Assembly: GCA_963804815.1 (NCBI GenBank)
Contig: CAWDRU010000002.1
Span: 5,187,122-5,251,121 of the forward strand
Direction: 5' to 3'
Length of the DNA stretch: 64,000 nucleotides
Origin: Blastocatellia bacterium
GTDB taxonomy: Bacteria; Acidobacteriota; Blastocatellia; UBA7656
Below, in pieces: positions 47,245-56,979 of the stretch (position 1 is the stretch's first letter; each line of letters begins with the position of its first letter). The notes below the pieces were generated by a model. The model was given only the letters and a program-made list of their open reading frames with translations. It was not told where the DNA came from and made no database searches. The position numbers and the translations under genes were made by a program.

Positions 47245-47571
47245 CTATTCAACCTTGAGCATCTTCTTAATCTTCTTTATCTCAGCCGGTTTCAAGTTGA
47301 CTATTTTCCTAATGACAGTAATCAGGCTTTCGGCAGTCCAGGAATCTTCCGGTTCGCCCACCTCGGCAGCAGCCTTTAATACTTCAATCGGCTCAACGTC
47401 CAATCCCTTAGCCAATGCAAGCAGAGTTTTGAGCTTCGGGTTATCGGCATTTCCAGCGAGGATGGTGGCAACATGAGCATCGGTAATCGTATATCCGCTG
47501 TTGCGTTCAATATCCAGCCTGGAAAGATTCTTTTCTTCCATCCGTAAACGGACGAACTCAGCTAGGTTCAT
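47245..47571 (-). CDS. XRE-family HTH protein
   Basis: MNLAEFVRLRMEEKNLSRLDIERNSGYTITDAHVATILAGNADNPKLKTLLALAKGLD. Confidence 0.7.
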   Translation of the reverse strand: MNLAEFVRLRMEEKNLSRLDIERNSGYTITDAHVATILAGNADNPKLKTLLALAKGLDVEPIEVLKAAAEVGEPEDSWTAESLITVIRKIVNLKPAEIKKIKKMLKVE

Positions 47572-47751
47572 TTGCCCCTTTGGGCGACAAGAAAGTGATT
47601 GATAATACTGATGCTGTCAAGGTACTATCTTGCCATTCTATTATAGTAAACAATTTCCAGCCTGTCAGGATGTTGTTTTACCGACTGCATCCTGACAGAC
47701 CTTTTTATTATCATATGCGAAGCATTTGACGCAAATGTACGCTCTGTAACG

Positions 47752-47897
47752 CAGGGCTGTAACAAAGTAAAAGTAGGGGCAGGGCTTGTCCCTGCCCGGA
47801 TGGCCGACAGGCCATGACAGTCATCGCCTTACAGCGATTCGGGCAGGGACAAGCCCTGCCCCTACCATGATTGTCAACCGACTTTGTTACAGCCGTG
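47752..47897. mobile_element. 146-bp MITE, copy 2
   Basis: 145/146 identical to 18044-18189. Flanked by the direct repeat TCTGTAACG (47743-47751 and 47898-47906). Confidence 0.85.
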
Positions 47898-48030
47898 TCT
47901 GTAACGGATCAGGAATCATTGCGAAGCTAACAGAGATTTATCCTTTTGAAGTTGGTGTGATGAAGGGGATGTACGTTTTGGGAAGATCCTCAGAGTTGCA
48001 ATCAATGTGCATACCTCCCTCTTTTTTATG

Positions 48031-48276
48031 TCTAAACAAATAGAAGCTGCTCGCTATATTACAAATCTTCTCGCCCGCAGAAATATACACATAGAATCGG
48101 GCATATTGCTTATCGGGGAGTGTGATTGGCAGGTATTCGACTATAAAAGAAAGTGTCTTGCTATAGACCCCAATGCTGGCTTATGGATTGGAATGTCGGG
48201 CGGTAAATGGAACCCGCTCGGAACCTGTACGGTGAGTACGGCCCTTCAAGCTGTGGAGTTTTTTACCAGAGATTAG
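48031..48276 (+). CDS. Hypothetical protein (81 aa)
   Basis: ORF only, in a lower-GC remnant region. Confidence 0.25.
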   Translation, partial: SKQIEAARYITNLLARRNIHIESGILLIGECDWQVFDYKRKCLAIDPNAGLWIGMSGGKWNPLGTCTVSTALQAVEFFTRD

Positions 48277-48521
48277 CTTTAGTAGTAAGTATAGCAAATC
48301 CAGTTTGGCGGGGCTGTGGATAAGTCAGTAAGGTTCGATGTAGAATTGTTCTCTGTTATTACAAGTACAGGAGACAATTTACAATCGCCGCCGCCACCGA
48401 CTGTACCTTGACTTTTGCTGTAGATCGTAATAGAAACTACACCCTATAGCCCGCCTCTGAATTGAGCAGAGGGAGAGCAAACTTCAATTTGGCATGTATT
48501 ATTGCTCGGAGGTATTCCGAC

Positions 48522-50930
48522 GTGTTGCACGATTGCAGGAACGCCATACGCCTGATCTCTAAAAACTGGGGATTCGCAGCTATAGTCGCGCTTACGCTTG
48601 GTCTGGGCATAGGCGCAAACACTGCTATCTTCACTGTAATAAACAAGGTCCTCTTACAGCCTTTGCCTTACCATCATCCTTCGCAACTGGTGATGTTACA
48701 GGCGGTAAGAACCGGAGGCGATTTTGGCACGCTCGGCATGTCGGTGCCCGACTTTTTAGATTACAGAGATCAAAACAGGTCATTCGATTATCTGGCTGCG
48801 ATATCCTCAATAGGCATGAATTTGTCAGGCGCGGTTGAACCTGTCAGGGTGCAGGGAACCCGCGTATCGTCCGGCTTCTTCTCCATGCTCGGTGTGAACC
48901 CGCTGAAAGGCAGACTCTTTTTGCCGGAAGACGAGAAAGCCGGGGCAGAGCGTATCGTCATGCTGAGCTTTGGCTTATGGTCAACCAGTTTTGGCTCTGA
49001 TGAGAAGATATTTGAAAAGAAGGTTCTGCTCGATGGTGAAAGCTATAGCGTAGCGGGCGTGATGCCTCCTGATTTCCGCCCTCCCTTTGCGCGAGCCGAT
49101 ATCTGGGTGCCTTTCAGCGTAGACCTGTCAAAGACGACACGCGACACGCGCCACATCAGAGTTATAGGCAGGCTGAAGCCGGATGTGAGTCTTCCGGCGG
49201 CAGAATCCGAACTGACTTCGCTGGCAGCACGCCTCGAACAGGAATACCCTCAAACAAATGCGAAAATCGGAGTGAAGGTATCAAGCCTTCACAGTTTTCT
49301 TGTAAGAAACGCCAGAACAACAATCCCCGTTTTATTAGGCGCAGTCGCCTTCGTCCTGCTCATAGCCTGCGCAAACGTCACAAATCTACTTCTGGCCAGA
49401 GGCGGCGCGCGCAGAAAGGAGATGCTAATCAGGACTGCGCTCGGAGCCAGCCGCGCGCGCATCATAAGGCAGTTGCTGACGGAAAGTCTTTTTCTGTCGT
49501 TTGCGGGCGCAATCATCGGGATACTGCTGGCGCATTGGGGGACGCGAATGCTCGCCACCTCGTTGCCCAATTTCATAAGCGACTCTATCCCGGCGCTCAA
49601 GGATTTGAGTTTAGACTGGACAGTGCTGCTTGCGACAATCTTCCTGTCGGTGCTCGCAGCCGTGATTTTCGGGCTGACTCCTGCGCTCAGAATATCGGCC
49701 CCTAACCTCAGCCGTCTTGTCAGAGAAAGCGGCGTGGTTTCAGACAGAGGCGGAATGAAGCTTGGCGGATTGCTCGTAGTTTTAGAGATAACTCTGACTC
49801 TGGTGCTGCTGACGGGAGCAGGGCTAATGATCAAGAGCTTTTACAAGCTTGTGGGCGGAGATCAGGGATTCAATCCCGAAGGCTTAATAACCATGCGGCT
49901 GTCGCTTCCCGTGTCAAAGTACAAAGAGGCGGCTCAGGTCAAGAGTTTCATCGATAACTTAATCGAGAAGTCCCGCTCGACTCCGCTTGTGCAGTCGGCT
50001 GCCGTTATAAGCGAAGTCCCCTTCTCTAACAGTAATTCCTCTGACATATTCGCCATAGAAGACTGGCCCAGCAGTTCAACTGCCGACCGCCCCATTATCA
50101 AATATCACAGCGCCGGAGAGGGCTTTTTTAAAGTCTTCGGGCTTCCGTTACTGGAAGGCGTGGATTTTTCAGATGTAGACAGGGAAGATTCGCAGCGCGT
50201 CGTCATAATAAACCGCCGCGCGGCTGATCGCATCTGGCCGGGCGAATCACCTATCGGAAAGCGCATAAGGTTCGACCGCAGATCTTTTCCCTGGTGCACG
50301 ATTGTCGGAGTCGTGGGAAATGTCAAGCATTCGGGTCAGGATAACAATGAAGAACCGGAAGCATATTTCCCGATCAGCCAGTTGCCCGTCCGCAACCTCA
50401 CGCTGGTAGTCAGAACGGCATCCGATACCAGCAGCGTGGCAAACGCCATTCGGGAGGTCGTCGTGGCCGAAGACCCGGATCAGCCTTTATACGATATACA
50501 GACAATGGAACAGGCAATCTCGGACTGGGCAGTATCTCAGCGATTGACGAGCTGGCTGCTCGGAGTGTTCGCCTGTATAGCTATGGTTTTGGCCGCGACA
50601 GGCGTATACGGCGTCATGTCTTATTCGGTCGCGCAAAGAACGAAAGAGATAGGGCTGAGGATGGCGCTTGGCGCGGGAAGGATACGCATGCTTCAGATGT
50701 TCCTTTATCGAGGCGCTCGCATCACTTTAGTAGGGATAGCAGTCGGAGCAGCCGGGGCCATTGCCTGTACAAAAGCCATGTCAGCCCTGCTTTATGACGT
50801 GCAGGCGTTTGATCTACAGGTCTTCGTAACCGTTTCACTGGTGATCGCGCTTATCTCTGTGATAGCGATTCTTATTCCTGCTTACAGGGCCACCAGAGTA
50901 GACCCTATGGAAGCGCTCAGACAGGATTGA
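48522..50930 (+). CDS. ADOP-type duplicated MacB/FtsX permease (no adjacent ATPase)
   Basis: GGAGG (48508-48512) then GTG 48522. VLHDCRNAIRLISKNWGFAAIVALTLGLGIGANTAIFTV N-terminus. Two FtsX modules. C-terminus ATRVDPMEALRQD. Confidence 0.8.
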   Translation: MLHDCRNAIRLISKNWGFAAIVALTLGLGIGANTAIFTVINKVLLQPLPYHHPSQLVMLQAVRTGGDFGTLGMSVPDFLDYRDQNRSFDYLAAISSIGMNLSGAVEPVRVQGTRVSSGFFSMLGVNPLKGRLFLPEDEKAGAERIVMLSFGLWSTSFGSDEKIFEKKVLLDGESYSVAGVMPPDFRPPFARADIWVPFSVDLSKTTRDTRHIRVIGRLKPDVSLPAAESELTSLAARLEQEYPQTNAKIGVKVSSLHSFLVRNARTTIPVLLGAVAFVLLIACANVTNLLLARGGARRKEMLIRTALGASRARIIRQLLTESLFLSFAGAIIGILLAHWGTRMLATSLPNFISDSIPALKDLSLDWTVLLATIFLSVLAAVIFGLTPALRISAPNLSRLVRESGVVSDRGGMKLGGLLVVLEITLTLVLLTGAGLMIKSFYKLVGGDQGFNPEGLITMRLSLPVSKYKEAAQVKSFIDNLIEKSRSTPLVQSAAVISEVPFSNSNSSDIFAIEDWPSSSTADRPIIKYHSAGEGFFKVFGLPLLEGVDFSDVDREDSQRVVIINRRAADRIWPGESPIGKRIRFDRRSFPWCTIVGVVGNVKHSGQDNNEEPEAYFPISQLPVRNLTLVVRTASDTSSVANAIREVVVAEDPDQPLYDIQTMEQAISDWAVSQRLTSWLLGVFACIAMVLAATGVYGVMSYSVAQRTKEIGLRMALGAGRIRMLQMFLYRGARITLVGIAVGAAGAIACTKAMSALLYDVQAFDLQVFVTVSLVIALISVIAILIPAYRATRVDPMEALRQD

Positions 50931-52109
50931 TCAGGTAAGAGCGCAGTCGGATGCAATAGTCTGCTCTATAAGCTCAGCGGCGCGGCGCGCGCCGCCCGCC
51001 CGCTCGAATCCGTGTTTCAATCTTTGCGCGCGTTCCCTCAGGTCAGAGCTTGTCAAAAGTTTATCTACGCTGCTTTCGATCAATCCGGCATCTACAGTCG
51101 TTGCATAAACGCGCAAGGCCGCCCCGGCCTTTTCACAACGCTCGGCTATGTCGTCAGACCCGCTGCCGGAAGGAAAGAATAAACTTGGAAGACCATGTAT
51201 CAACGCTCCCAGAACCGAAGTTGTATGCGCGGTGCTTATTACGGCTGAGCAATAAGGTAAGACCTTGCCCAGAGGCACATGTTCGCGTATGAAAAAATTT
51301 CCGGGCGTGCTGCCTACCTCTTCGTCCATCCGCCCCACATCGGCCACCACTCGGATGGGTTTATCTCTTAAAGCATCGCACAGTTTCGCCCAGAATCCCT
51401 GCATGGTAAAAGACCGGCCCTGCTGCACGTAGATGACAGGTTCGGCGGCAGCTTTCGCCTCTTCAAGCCACGCCGATAATTCCGGGTCCGAAGATGCCGG
51501 TTCCCAGCCGCAGCTTCCAACAAAATGTAGATTCGATGGAAAGTCGTATCGGCTCTGTTCCAGTTCCGGGACGCTCTGGAGTAAGTAGAGATCGCCAAGC
51601 ATTGGGTTCGATAGATGATCCGCGTCGCTCGCCGAAAGGCCGAGCGCGCGGCGGGCGTTATTGTAATGAGACATCATATCCCCGTATCGCCATTGTGTCT
51701 CTTTCTCGATGCGGGTTTCAGGCTCGTAATCCAACGGCCAGAGCGGCCATAAATAAGCGGCCAATCCTAAAACGACAACCGGCAACCGGGTGATCTCGCC
51801 CGCTATGAGCGGGCCGAGCGTAAGCTGCGTTGTTACGAGCGCGTCAGCCTGAAACCGCTCAAGCGCATACTGAATATGTTTAACCTGAATGGCAACGGCT
51901 AACGGCTTGGTCCAGTTCCTGACCTCAAAGCTGGTCAGGTCTTTTGTGCCACACGGAATGCGGGAAAACTCCACCTGATTGAGGGTCTCGGAAAAAGCGG
52001 AGTCGGTGACAAAGCTGACTTCGTGCCCCTGCAACCGCGCAGCCTCGGCCAGCCCGATAAGCGGGTAAACAAAACCGTGGCTGGCAAGTGGGCAGAATAG
52101 ATATCTCAT
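50931..52109 (-). CDS. GT1-family (GT-B, MGT/UDP-glycosyltransferase-like) glycosyltransferase
   Basis: MRYLFCPLASHGFVYPLIGLAEAARLQGHEVSFVT is a typical MGT-type N-terminus. The C-terminal nucleotide-sugar region is TTSVLGALIHGLPSLFFPSGSGSDDIAERCEKAGAA. Starts 5 nt after the upstream gene's stop. Confidence 0.75.
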   Translation of the reverse strand: MRYLFCPLASHGFVYPLIGLAEAARLQGHEVSFVTDSAFSETLNQVEFSRIPCGTKDLTSFEVRNWTKPLAVAIQVKHIQYALERFQADALVTTQLTLGPLIAGEITRLPVVVLGLAAYLWPLWPLDYEPETRIEKETQWRYGDMMSHYNNARRALGLSASDADHLSNPMLGDLYLLQSVPELEQSRYDFPSNLHFVGSCGWEPASSDPELSAWLEEAKAAAEPVIYVQQGRSFTMQGFWAKLCDALRDKPIRVVADVGRMDEEVGSTPGNFFIREHVPLGKVLPYCSAVISTAHTTSVLGALIHGLPSLFFPSGSGSDDIAERCEKAGAALRVYATTVDAGLIESSVDKLLTSSDLRERAQRLKHGFERAGGARRAAELIEQTIASDCALT

Positions 52110-52113
52110 GATT

Positions 52114-54213
52114 TTATGCTTTCAGCGCAACGAGCCTTTGATTACTCTCTGTCAGCAGGAAATCTGTCAGCGCGCCAAGCGCCGTAGCGGTTGTGAAATA
52201 ACTGTTATGATCGGCAACCAGCACGCCAAGCCCCGTGCCCGAACCTTGCGACCACTGTTTGTTCTCCCACGGATTCAGGTCGCCTGCATTCGGTATGCGA
52301 AGCATCGGTCGGGAATCGAAGCTGCCGTTGCGGTTCTGAAAGTTGAGCAACCAGACGATGCCGCGCGCAACGGCCTGCTTTACATCAGGAGTTCTGACCC
52401 TGATGAGCATAAGCGTTCTGAGCGCCAGCGCGGTTTCAAAGGCGAGATTTTTGCCCGTCGTATCAAGTCCCCAACACCCCTCGGCTGACTGCTTTTGCAG
52501 TATGCTTTCCGACATCCCTTTAACATCGGACTCCGTCAGCCGATAGCCTGTCTTTATCAGCGCGCGCGTGCTGTAGAAAGTGGCGTACATCTGCCCGTCC
52601 CACCAGAAAGCCTCCCAGATGCGATCATCTCCCCATACCTTTTTTATGAAGTCAGTGGCTCGGATGACCGATTCATCCGACGGCGCGACGCCGAGCTTTA
52701 ATAGAGTATCTACCGCAACGGCAGTTACCTCGACGTGGCTCATCCCGTATGACTGAAAGCCGCTTCTTCCCTGCGCGGGGATGGTGAAAAACCCGCCGTC
52801 TTCCTGCTGAAACCCCGATACGAGCGCGATAAGTTCCTGCTTTTCCTTCTCGCTGATCTGGCAGGTAGAGACCATGAAGTTCACTACCCACGCAGTCGTG
52901 TCTGCGTCTTCGGGCACGTTCCTCAGACACGGCCATCCTATCGCCTGTTTTTCACTGATGAGCCAGTCGCGCATTCTCTCCAGCAAAGCGGGCAGGCCGC
53001 GCGTCTTTCTTATGCCTTTTATTTTAGAACCCGGCATCTGCCATTCTCTGAGCGCCGCGCCTACATACGCGCTCACCCAGATCGGCAAGGTCTCGCCAAA
53101 CGCCATGAAATCTTCATAGAAGCCCTTCGCCTTGACGAGAAAATCGCAGGCGTCTGCGGCTGCATCCGAAATCCGTCTGGGCGTTTTCCAGACCGGATGA
53201 GCGCAACTGTTCGAGCCGTTGCCGTTCGATGACAGGGTGTATTCGTGAGTGCGGGTTTGCAGCAATGCTTCGCGCGAATGCATGGATACTTCGGAGCGCA
53301 CGCTGTGGACGCCCATCAACAGCGAATCTATAAGGTCTTTCCAGTGGGGACAGTTTATGCCTTCGACCTTCTTTTTTGCCTCCGTACAGTAGCGCGCAAG
53401 CTTGCGAAGATAATCTTCCGCAAATCCCGAAAGGTACAGATATTTTCCTATCAGGCTGATGCGGTCTTCGGGGCTGAGAGAAGCCAGTTTGCCCTGTAAG
53501 TTGCAGGTGGTGATCGTCTGCGTGAGCAGGTAGGTGTATCTCTCGGCTTTAAGGTCTTCCTTCCAATCCTTGAAATCGTCAAACAATTGTTCGGCGGCAT
53601 AGTATAGGTCGAGCGAGTCTTCGAGAGGCTTGCGCAGTTCTTCCTGCCCGGACACAAGGCACAGCGAGACGACTATGATCTTGGCCATGGCGGATTTGCG
53701 CGAAAGGACTCTGATTATGTCCCGGCTCGAATACTGTTCTATCTGACCTTTGTGAACCCCGTTTTCAAGCAGGATAGCCTGACTGTACTGGCGGAAGAGT
53801 CTATCTAAATCTTTCCATGGCAGCGGCTGCCCGTCGAAGACTTCCGAGAGCGTAGCAAAGGCGGCCATTTGAAATGAGTTGCTCGCAATAACTCCTGCCG
53901 CGCAATGCGCGCCCGCCTCGTCGATCATCTCGTCATTGATGAGCAGTTGATAAAGCATCAACAGCCCAGTGAGCGCCAGTTTCTGTTTCTTTTCGCGCGC
54001 TGTGTCCGGGAAAGCATCAGAAAACAGGAACGGGAAATAGGCGTAAAAACTGTTTCCCACTTCTGCTCCGCGCAACTCACGAATGTGTTTGGAGAGGATC
54101 GGGTCATCAAGACCGGGAATGGTCTTTCTTATCTTGTTGAATTCATCCCATGCACGCTTGCCTTCGACCCGCAGGCCCGCAGTGGATATCTCTCTGATAA
54201 TTCTGCCAGTCAT
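52114..54213 (-). CDS. Fusion protein: N-terminal isoprenoid-synthase-fold (polyprenyl synthase / ComQ-like) domain plus C-terminal squalene-hopene-cyclase-like (prenyltransferase/SQHop repeat) domain
   Basis: N-terminal Asp-rich motifs LINDEMIDE (53917-53937) and LFDDFKD (53566-53580). C-terminal VPEDADTTAWVV (DADTTA at 52891-52908) aligns with the SHC motif DxDDTA. QW-like repeats QQEDGGF, QSAEGCWG, QNRNGSF. Confidence 0.65.
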   Translation of the reverse strand: MTGRIIREISTAGLRVEGKRAWDEFNKIRKTIPGLDDPILSKHIRELRGAEVGNSFYAYFPFLFSDAFPDTAREKKQKLALTGLLMLYQLLINDEMIDEAGAHCAAGVIASNSFQMAAFATLSEVFDGQPLPWKDLDRLFRQYSQAILLENGVHKGQIEQYSSRDIIRVLSRKSAMAKIIVVSLCLVSGQEELRKPLEDSLDLYYAAEQLFDDFKDWKEDLKAERYTYLLTQTITTCNLQGKLASLSPEDRISLIGKYLYLSGFAEDYLRKLARYCTEAKKKVEGINCPHWKDLIDSLLMGVHSVRSEVSMHSREALLQTRTHEYTLSSNGNGSNSCAHPVWKTPRRISDAAADACDFLVKAKGFYEDFMAFGETLPIWVSAYVGAALREWQMPGSKIKGIRKTRGLPALLERMRDWLISEKQAIGWPCLRNVPEDADTTAWVVNFMVSTCQISEKEKQELIALVSGFQQEDGGFFTIPAQGRSGFQSYGMSHVEVTAVAVDTLLKLGVAPSDESVIRATDFIKKVWGDDRIWEAFWWDGQMYATFYSTRALIKTGYRLTESDVKGMSESILQKQSAEGCWGLDTTGKNLAFETALALRTLMLIRVRTPDVKQAVARGIVWLLNFQNRNGSFDSRPMLRIPNAGDLNPWENKQWSQGSGTGLGVLVADHNSYFTTATALGALTDFLLTESNQRLVALKA

Positions 54214-54223
54214 AAAGCTCTTG

Positions 54224-55657
54224 CTATTCCAGATCGAGCCGCGCGGTTACAGGCGCTTTAGAAAAAGGCGTGTTCATCCATTGCAGGAGCTTGTTGTCGG
54301 CTCGTAAGCGCATCGGAGACGTAGACGAAGGGTCCATATTGACCTTCTTAATCCGCAGCCCGTTTTTTACCTTCACCTCTGTATAGTCGATGTAGCCGAT
54401 CCCTCTGACTCCCCAGAAATCAACCAGCTTCAACGTACGATCTCCGCCATCCTCATCCGCCTTCACAAGCGAAGAGACCGGTGCCAGCGCCTCGATCACC
54501 CTTGCGCCTGCTCCCCACTCTCCGTTGAAGAACTTCGTAGAGCGATCAGCATATTTATCGACGATCTCGAAATCATCCGTGCCCAGAAGCACTCGAAGAT
54601 TCTTTGTGGCAAATTCTTCGTAATACTTCCATTCCGCCGGGTCGTAGCTGTTTGCTTTGTCCCACAAAAAATTGTGAGTCTGGTTGAAGGGCCGCATCAA
54701 CAATTGCACACGCACTTTATCGTCGTTTTCAAGCGTTACGACTACGTTGCAGGCTTCGATGTTTACCTCTGGCAGCTGTCTGGTCAGAAAGAGTCCCTTG
54801 GGATTGAGCCTGTCGTTGCCGAAGACGACCGGCTGCAAACTCGCGATTGCGACAGCCGCTATGCCCCAGCCCAGGATCTGTCTGCCTGTGATGGCAAAGC
54901 TTGCCTGCTTATCGGATTTAGTCGATGTGATGACAAAAGGCATCGCTAGAAAGACCACTACTAACAAAATCATATGCGGCAGGTGCCTGTTGGGGTTGAT
55001 CACCCCTTCTCCAAAACCCGCGCTGAGCATGATGATGCTCTGGAAGCTCATGATGATTACACAGGGAAAGATCAGGACCGCAGTGACCAGCGCAAGACGC
55101 TGGCGGTATGTGACGGTTGGAAAATCGAACGAGACCTGACGAAAGATAAGCCGGAAGAAACTTATGATCAATATTACGTTGAAGACCAGCCATAAACATT
55201 TTACAGTGACCTGAAAAGCGAACGGAAATCCCAGCATCGCGAGCGCCTGACCCGTCTCTTTATAATTCCTGCGCCACGGCGGAAAGACCCCTGTCATGTT
55301 TATAACCATCAATGCCGAAACGCCGCCCACAAGCGCCCAGATTAAGCGCGCCCTGTTCCCCTTTACACCCACGGCTATGATTACCAGAGCAAGGACCGCG
55401 ACCAGAAAATTGAAGACAGGCCCGGCAAGCAACACCAGCGCCTCTTTCCACGACTGGGAGCCAAGAGGGAAGTAAAAAATGCTTCTTCCGCCATCGGCAT
55501 CTACGGCTATAAAGGGGAAATAGCCTCCAAGTGAGACTGCCGTCAGGCCGTGCGCCATCTCGTGAAAGAAGGTGAGAACCTGAAAGACGCCGTAAAGCAG
55601 AAAGGTCATCAAAATTGCTAAGGCAAGGTATTTTTTATTTATCTCTGTGATCCTCAT
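54224..55657 (-). CDS. M50-like integral membrane zinc metalloprotease with C-terminal soluble domain
   Basis: HEMAHGLTAV (HExxH) in the first TM region, about 8 TM segments, and a soluble C-terminal domain of about 200 aa. The start overlaps the upstream gene's stop (ATGA). Confidence 0.6.
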   Translation of the reverse strand: MRITEINKKYLALAILMTFLLYGVFQVLTFFHEMAHGLTAVSLGGYFPFIAVDADGGRSIFYFPLGSQSWKEALVLLAGPVFNFLVAVLALVIIAVGVKGNRARLIWALVGGVSALMVINMTGVFPPWRRNYKETGQALAMLGFPFAFQVTVKCLWLVFNVILIISFFRLIFRQVSFDFPTVTYRQRLALVTAVLIFPCVIIMSFQSIIMLSAGFGEGVINPNRHLPHMILLVVVFLAMPFVITSTKSDKQASFAITGRQILGWGIAAVAIASLQPVVFGNDRLNPKGLFLTRQLPEVNIEACNVVVTLENDDKVRVQLLMRPFNQTHNFLWDKANSYDPAEWKYYEEFATKNLRVLLGTDDFEIVDKYADRSTKFFNGEWGAGARVIEALAPVSSLVKADEDGGDRTLKLVDFWGVRGIGYIDYTEVKVKNGLRIKKVNMDPSSTSPMRLRADNKLLQWMNTPFSKAPVTARLDLE

Positions 55658-56955
55658 ATGGCCCTTCTCTGGAATGTTTTCTTCAACAGCTTGAACAGAG
55701 TATTTTTCAGGATGGCGAACACAAACAAGAGGAAAAACAGGTTCATAAAGAGCTTGAGAACGCTTATGAGAAAAGGCGCAGTCCCTCTGTTGCCCACCAG
55801 ATCACGCGCGCTTGCCACGGTCGCAAAAACCTTGTCCGGGGTAAATATGAGCAGCAGCACTATGAATGTGGAAAAGAAGGCGATGCTCAGGAAAGAGTAG
55901 GTCGCCAGGACAAATTTACGCCCCTGACCTTTCACCTCTTTGAATGTGGGCATATCCTCTGCGAACCCAAGGCTCCAGAGAACCATCTCTTTGACAACTT
56001 TCCATGATCTTTTTTTAAGATTAATCAATCCCGTGAGATCGACCAGTAACCAGTAGCCATCGAATTTCAAGAGCGGGTTGAGCGACAGCAGCGCCAGTGC
56101 GTCTACTGAATAGATGGCGGCAGCGCAATAATTGCTTCCGGTGATGGCGAATACCAGAAACAGCGGTATGACAGTAATCAGTTGAAAATATATCCCTCCA
56201 ATATCGATCACTGCGCGCTGACGCCCGGAAAGCCTCCAGGCATCGGAAAGATTCACATAGAAAGCCGGGAAGATGATATAGAGGAGCAGCCCTATGCCGC
56301 CAGTCGTACACTTGTAGTTTCTACACGCGGCTGCGTGCCCGATTTCATGAAAGAGTGCAGTCAAAAGCACGAGCCCGTAACAGAACAGATATTGCCAGGC
56401 GCTCAGATTTGTAGTCTGCCGTGGCCGCAGCCAGCCTCCGTAGAATGCAAAATGCGCGAGGATAAACCCCACGATGGCGATTGCGCAAATCCCCGGTTTG
56501 TATAGCCACGTGAATCTGTCTGCCATCCGCATCGCAAGCTGCGGTTTTATCAGTACGATCTTGAAGATAAAGTCGAGCGGCTTTATCACCACCGATTTCG
56601 CATCCGCAACGCGCGGTTTCACGCTTTCACAGCTTGCGGCTTGCTGAACCGTCTCTACCAACCCGTAGGGCAATAGATAAGTATCTATCACATTCCTGAT
56701 CTTTTCAGGGGTTACCAGAGCGTTTTCGAGTCGGGATACTTCAAGAGCAATCTGCTCCAGATCGCGCGCTCCATCGAGCATCAGGAGAATGTCTCTCAAT
56801 CTCTCGGAGAGCATTAAAGACCGTCCCTGCTCAGTTTTTGCTACGTATTGAGGGCTTGAAGCGCATGAGTCGAGCGGCAGAACCTGAAGGCCAGGAACCA
56901 TTTTGAAGACTATCTGCACATCGGCTGGGGCCAGTGTGTTTGTTACCGCAGACAT
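55654..56955 (-). CDS. M50-like integral membrane zinc metalloprotease with N-terminal cytoplasmic winged-helix/RRE-like region
   Basis: LFHEIGHAAACRNYKC (HExxH) within a polytopic membrane domain. The N-terminal ~120 aa are soluble (RLRDILLMLDGARDLEQIALEV...). Confidence 0.6.
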   Translation of the reverse strand: MSAVTNTLAPADVQIVFKMVPGLQVLPLDSCASSPQYVAKTEQGRSLMLSERLRDILLMLDGARDLEQIALEVSRLENALVTPEKIRNVIDTYLLPYGLVETVQQAASCESVKPRVADAKSVVIKPLDFIFKIVLIKPQLAMRMADRFTWLYKPGICAIAIVGFILAHFAFYGGWLRPRQTTNLSAWQYLFCYGLVLLTALFHEIGHAAACRNYKCTTGGIGLLLYIIFPAFYVNLSDAWRLSGRQRAVIDIGGIYFQLITVIPLFLVFAITGSNYCAAAIYSVDALALLSLNPLLKFDGYWLLVDLTGLINLKKRSWKVVKEMVLWSLGFAEDMPTFKEVKGQGRKFVLATYSFLSIAFFSTFIVLLLIFTPDKVFATVASARDLVGNRGTAPFLISVLKLFMNLFFLLFVFAILKNTLFKLLKKTFQRRAI

Positions 56956-56979
56956 TATTTCACCCCTGGATGTTGACCG

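Noticed and set aside
47786-48043. 85-aa ORF (and 17808-18116 on the minus strand) running through the MITE copies
   Set aside because: These reading frames are created by the palindromic MITE sequence. The same DNA occurs in two unrelated contexts.
48490-48506. Sigma-54-like promoter TGGCATGTATTATTGCT upstream of the second ADOP permease
   Set aside because: The GG-to-GC spacing is one nucleotide too long for the -24/-12 consensus, and it would leave only about 16 nt before the start codon.
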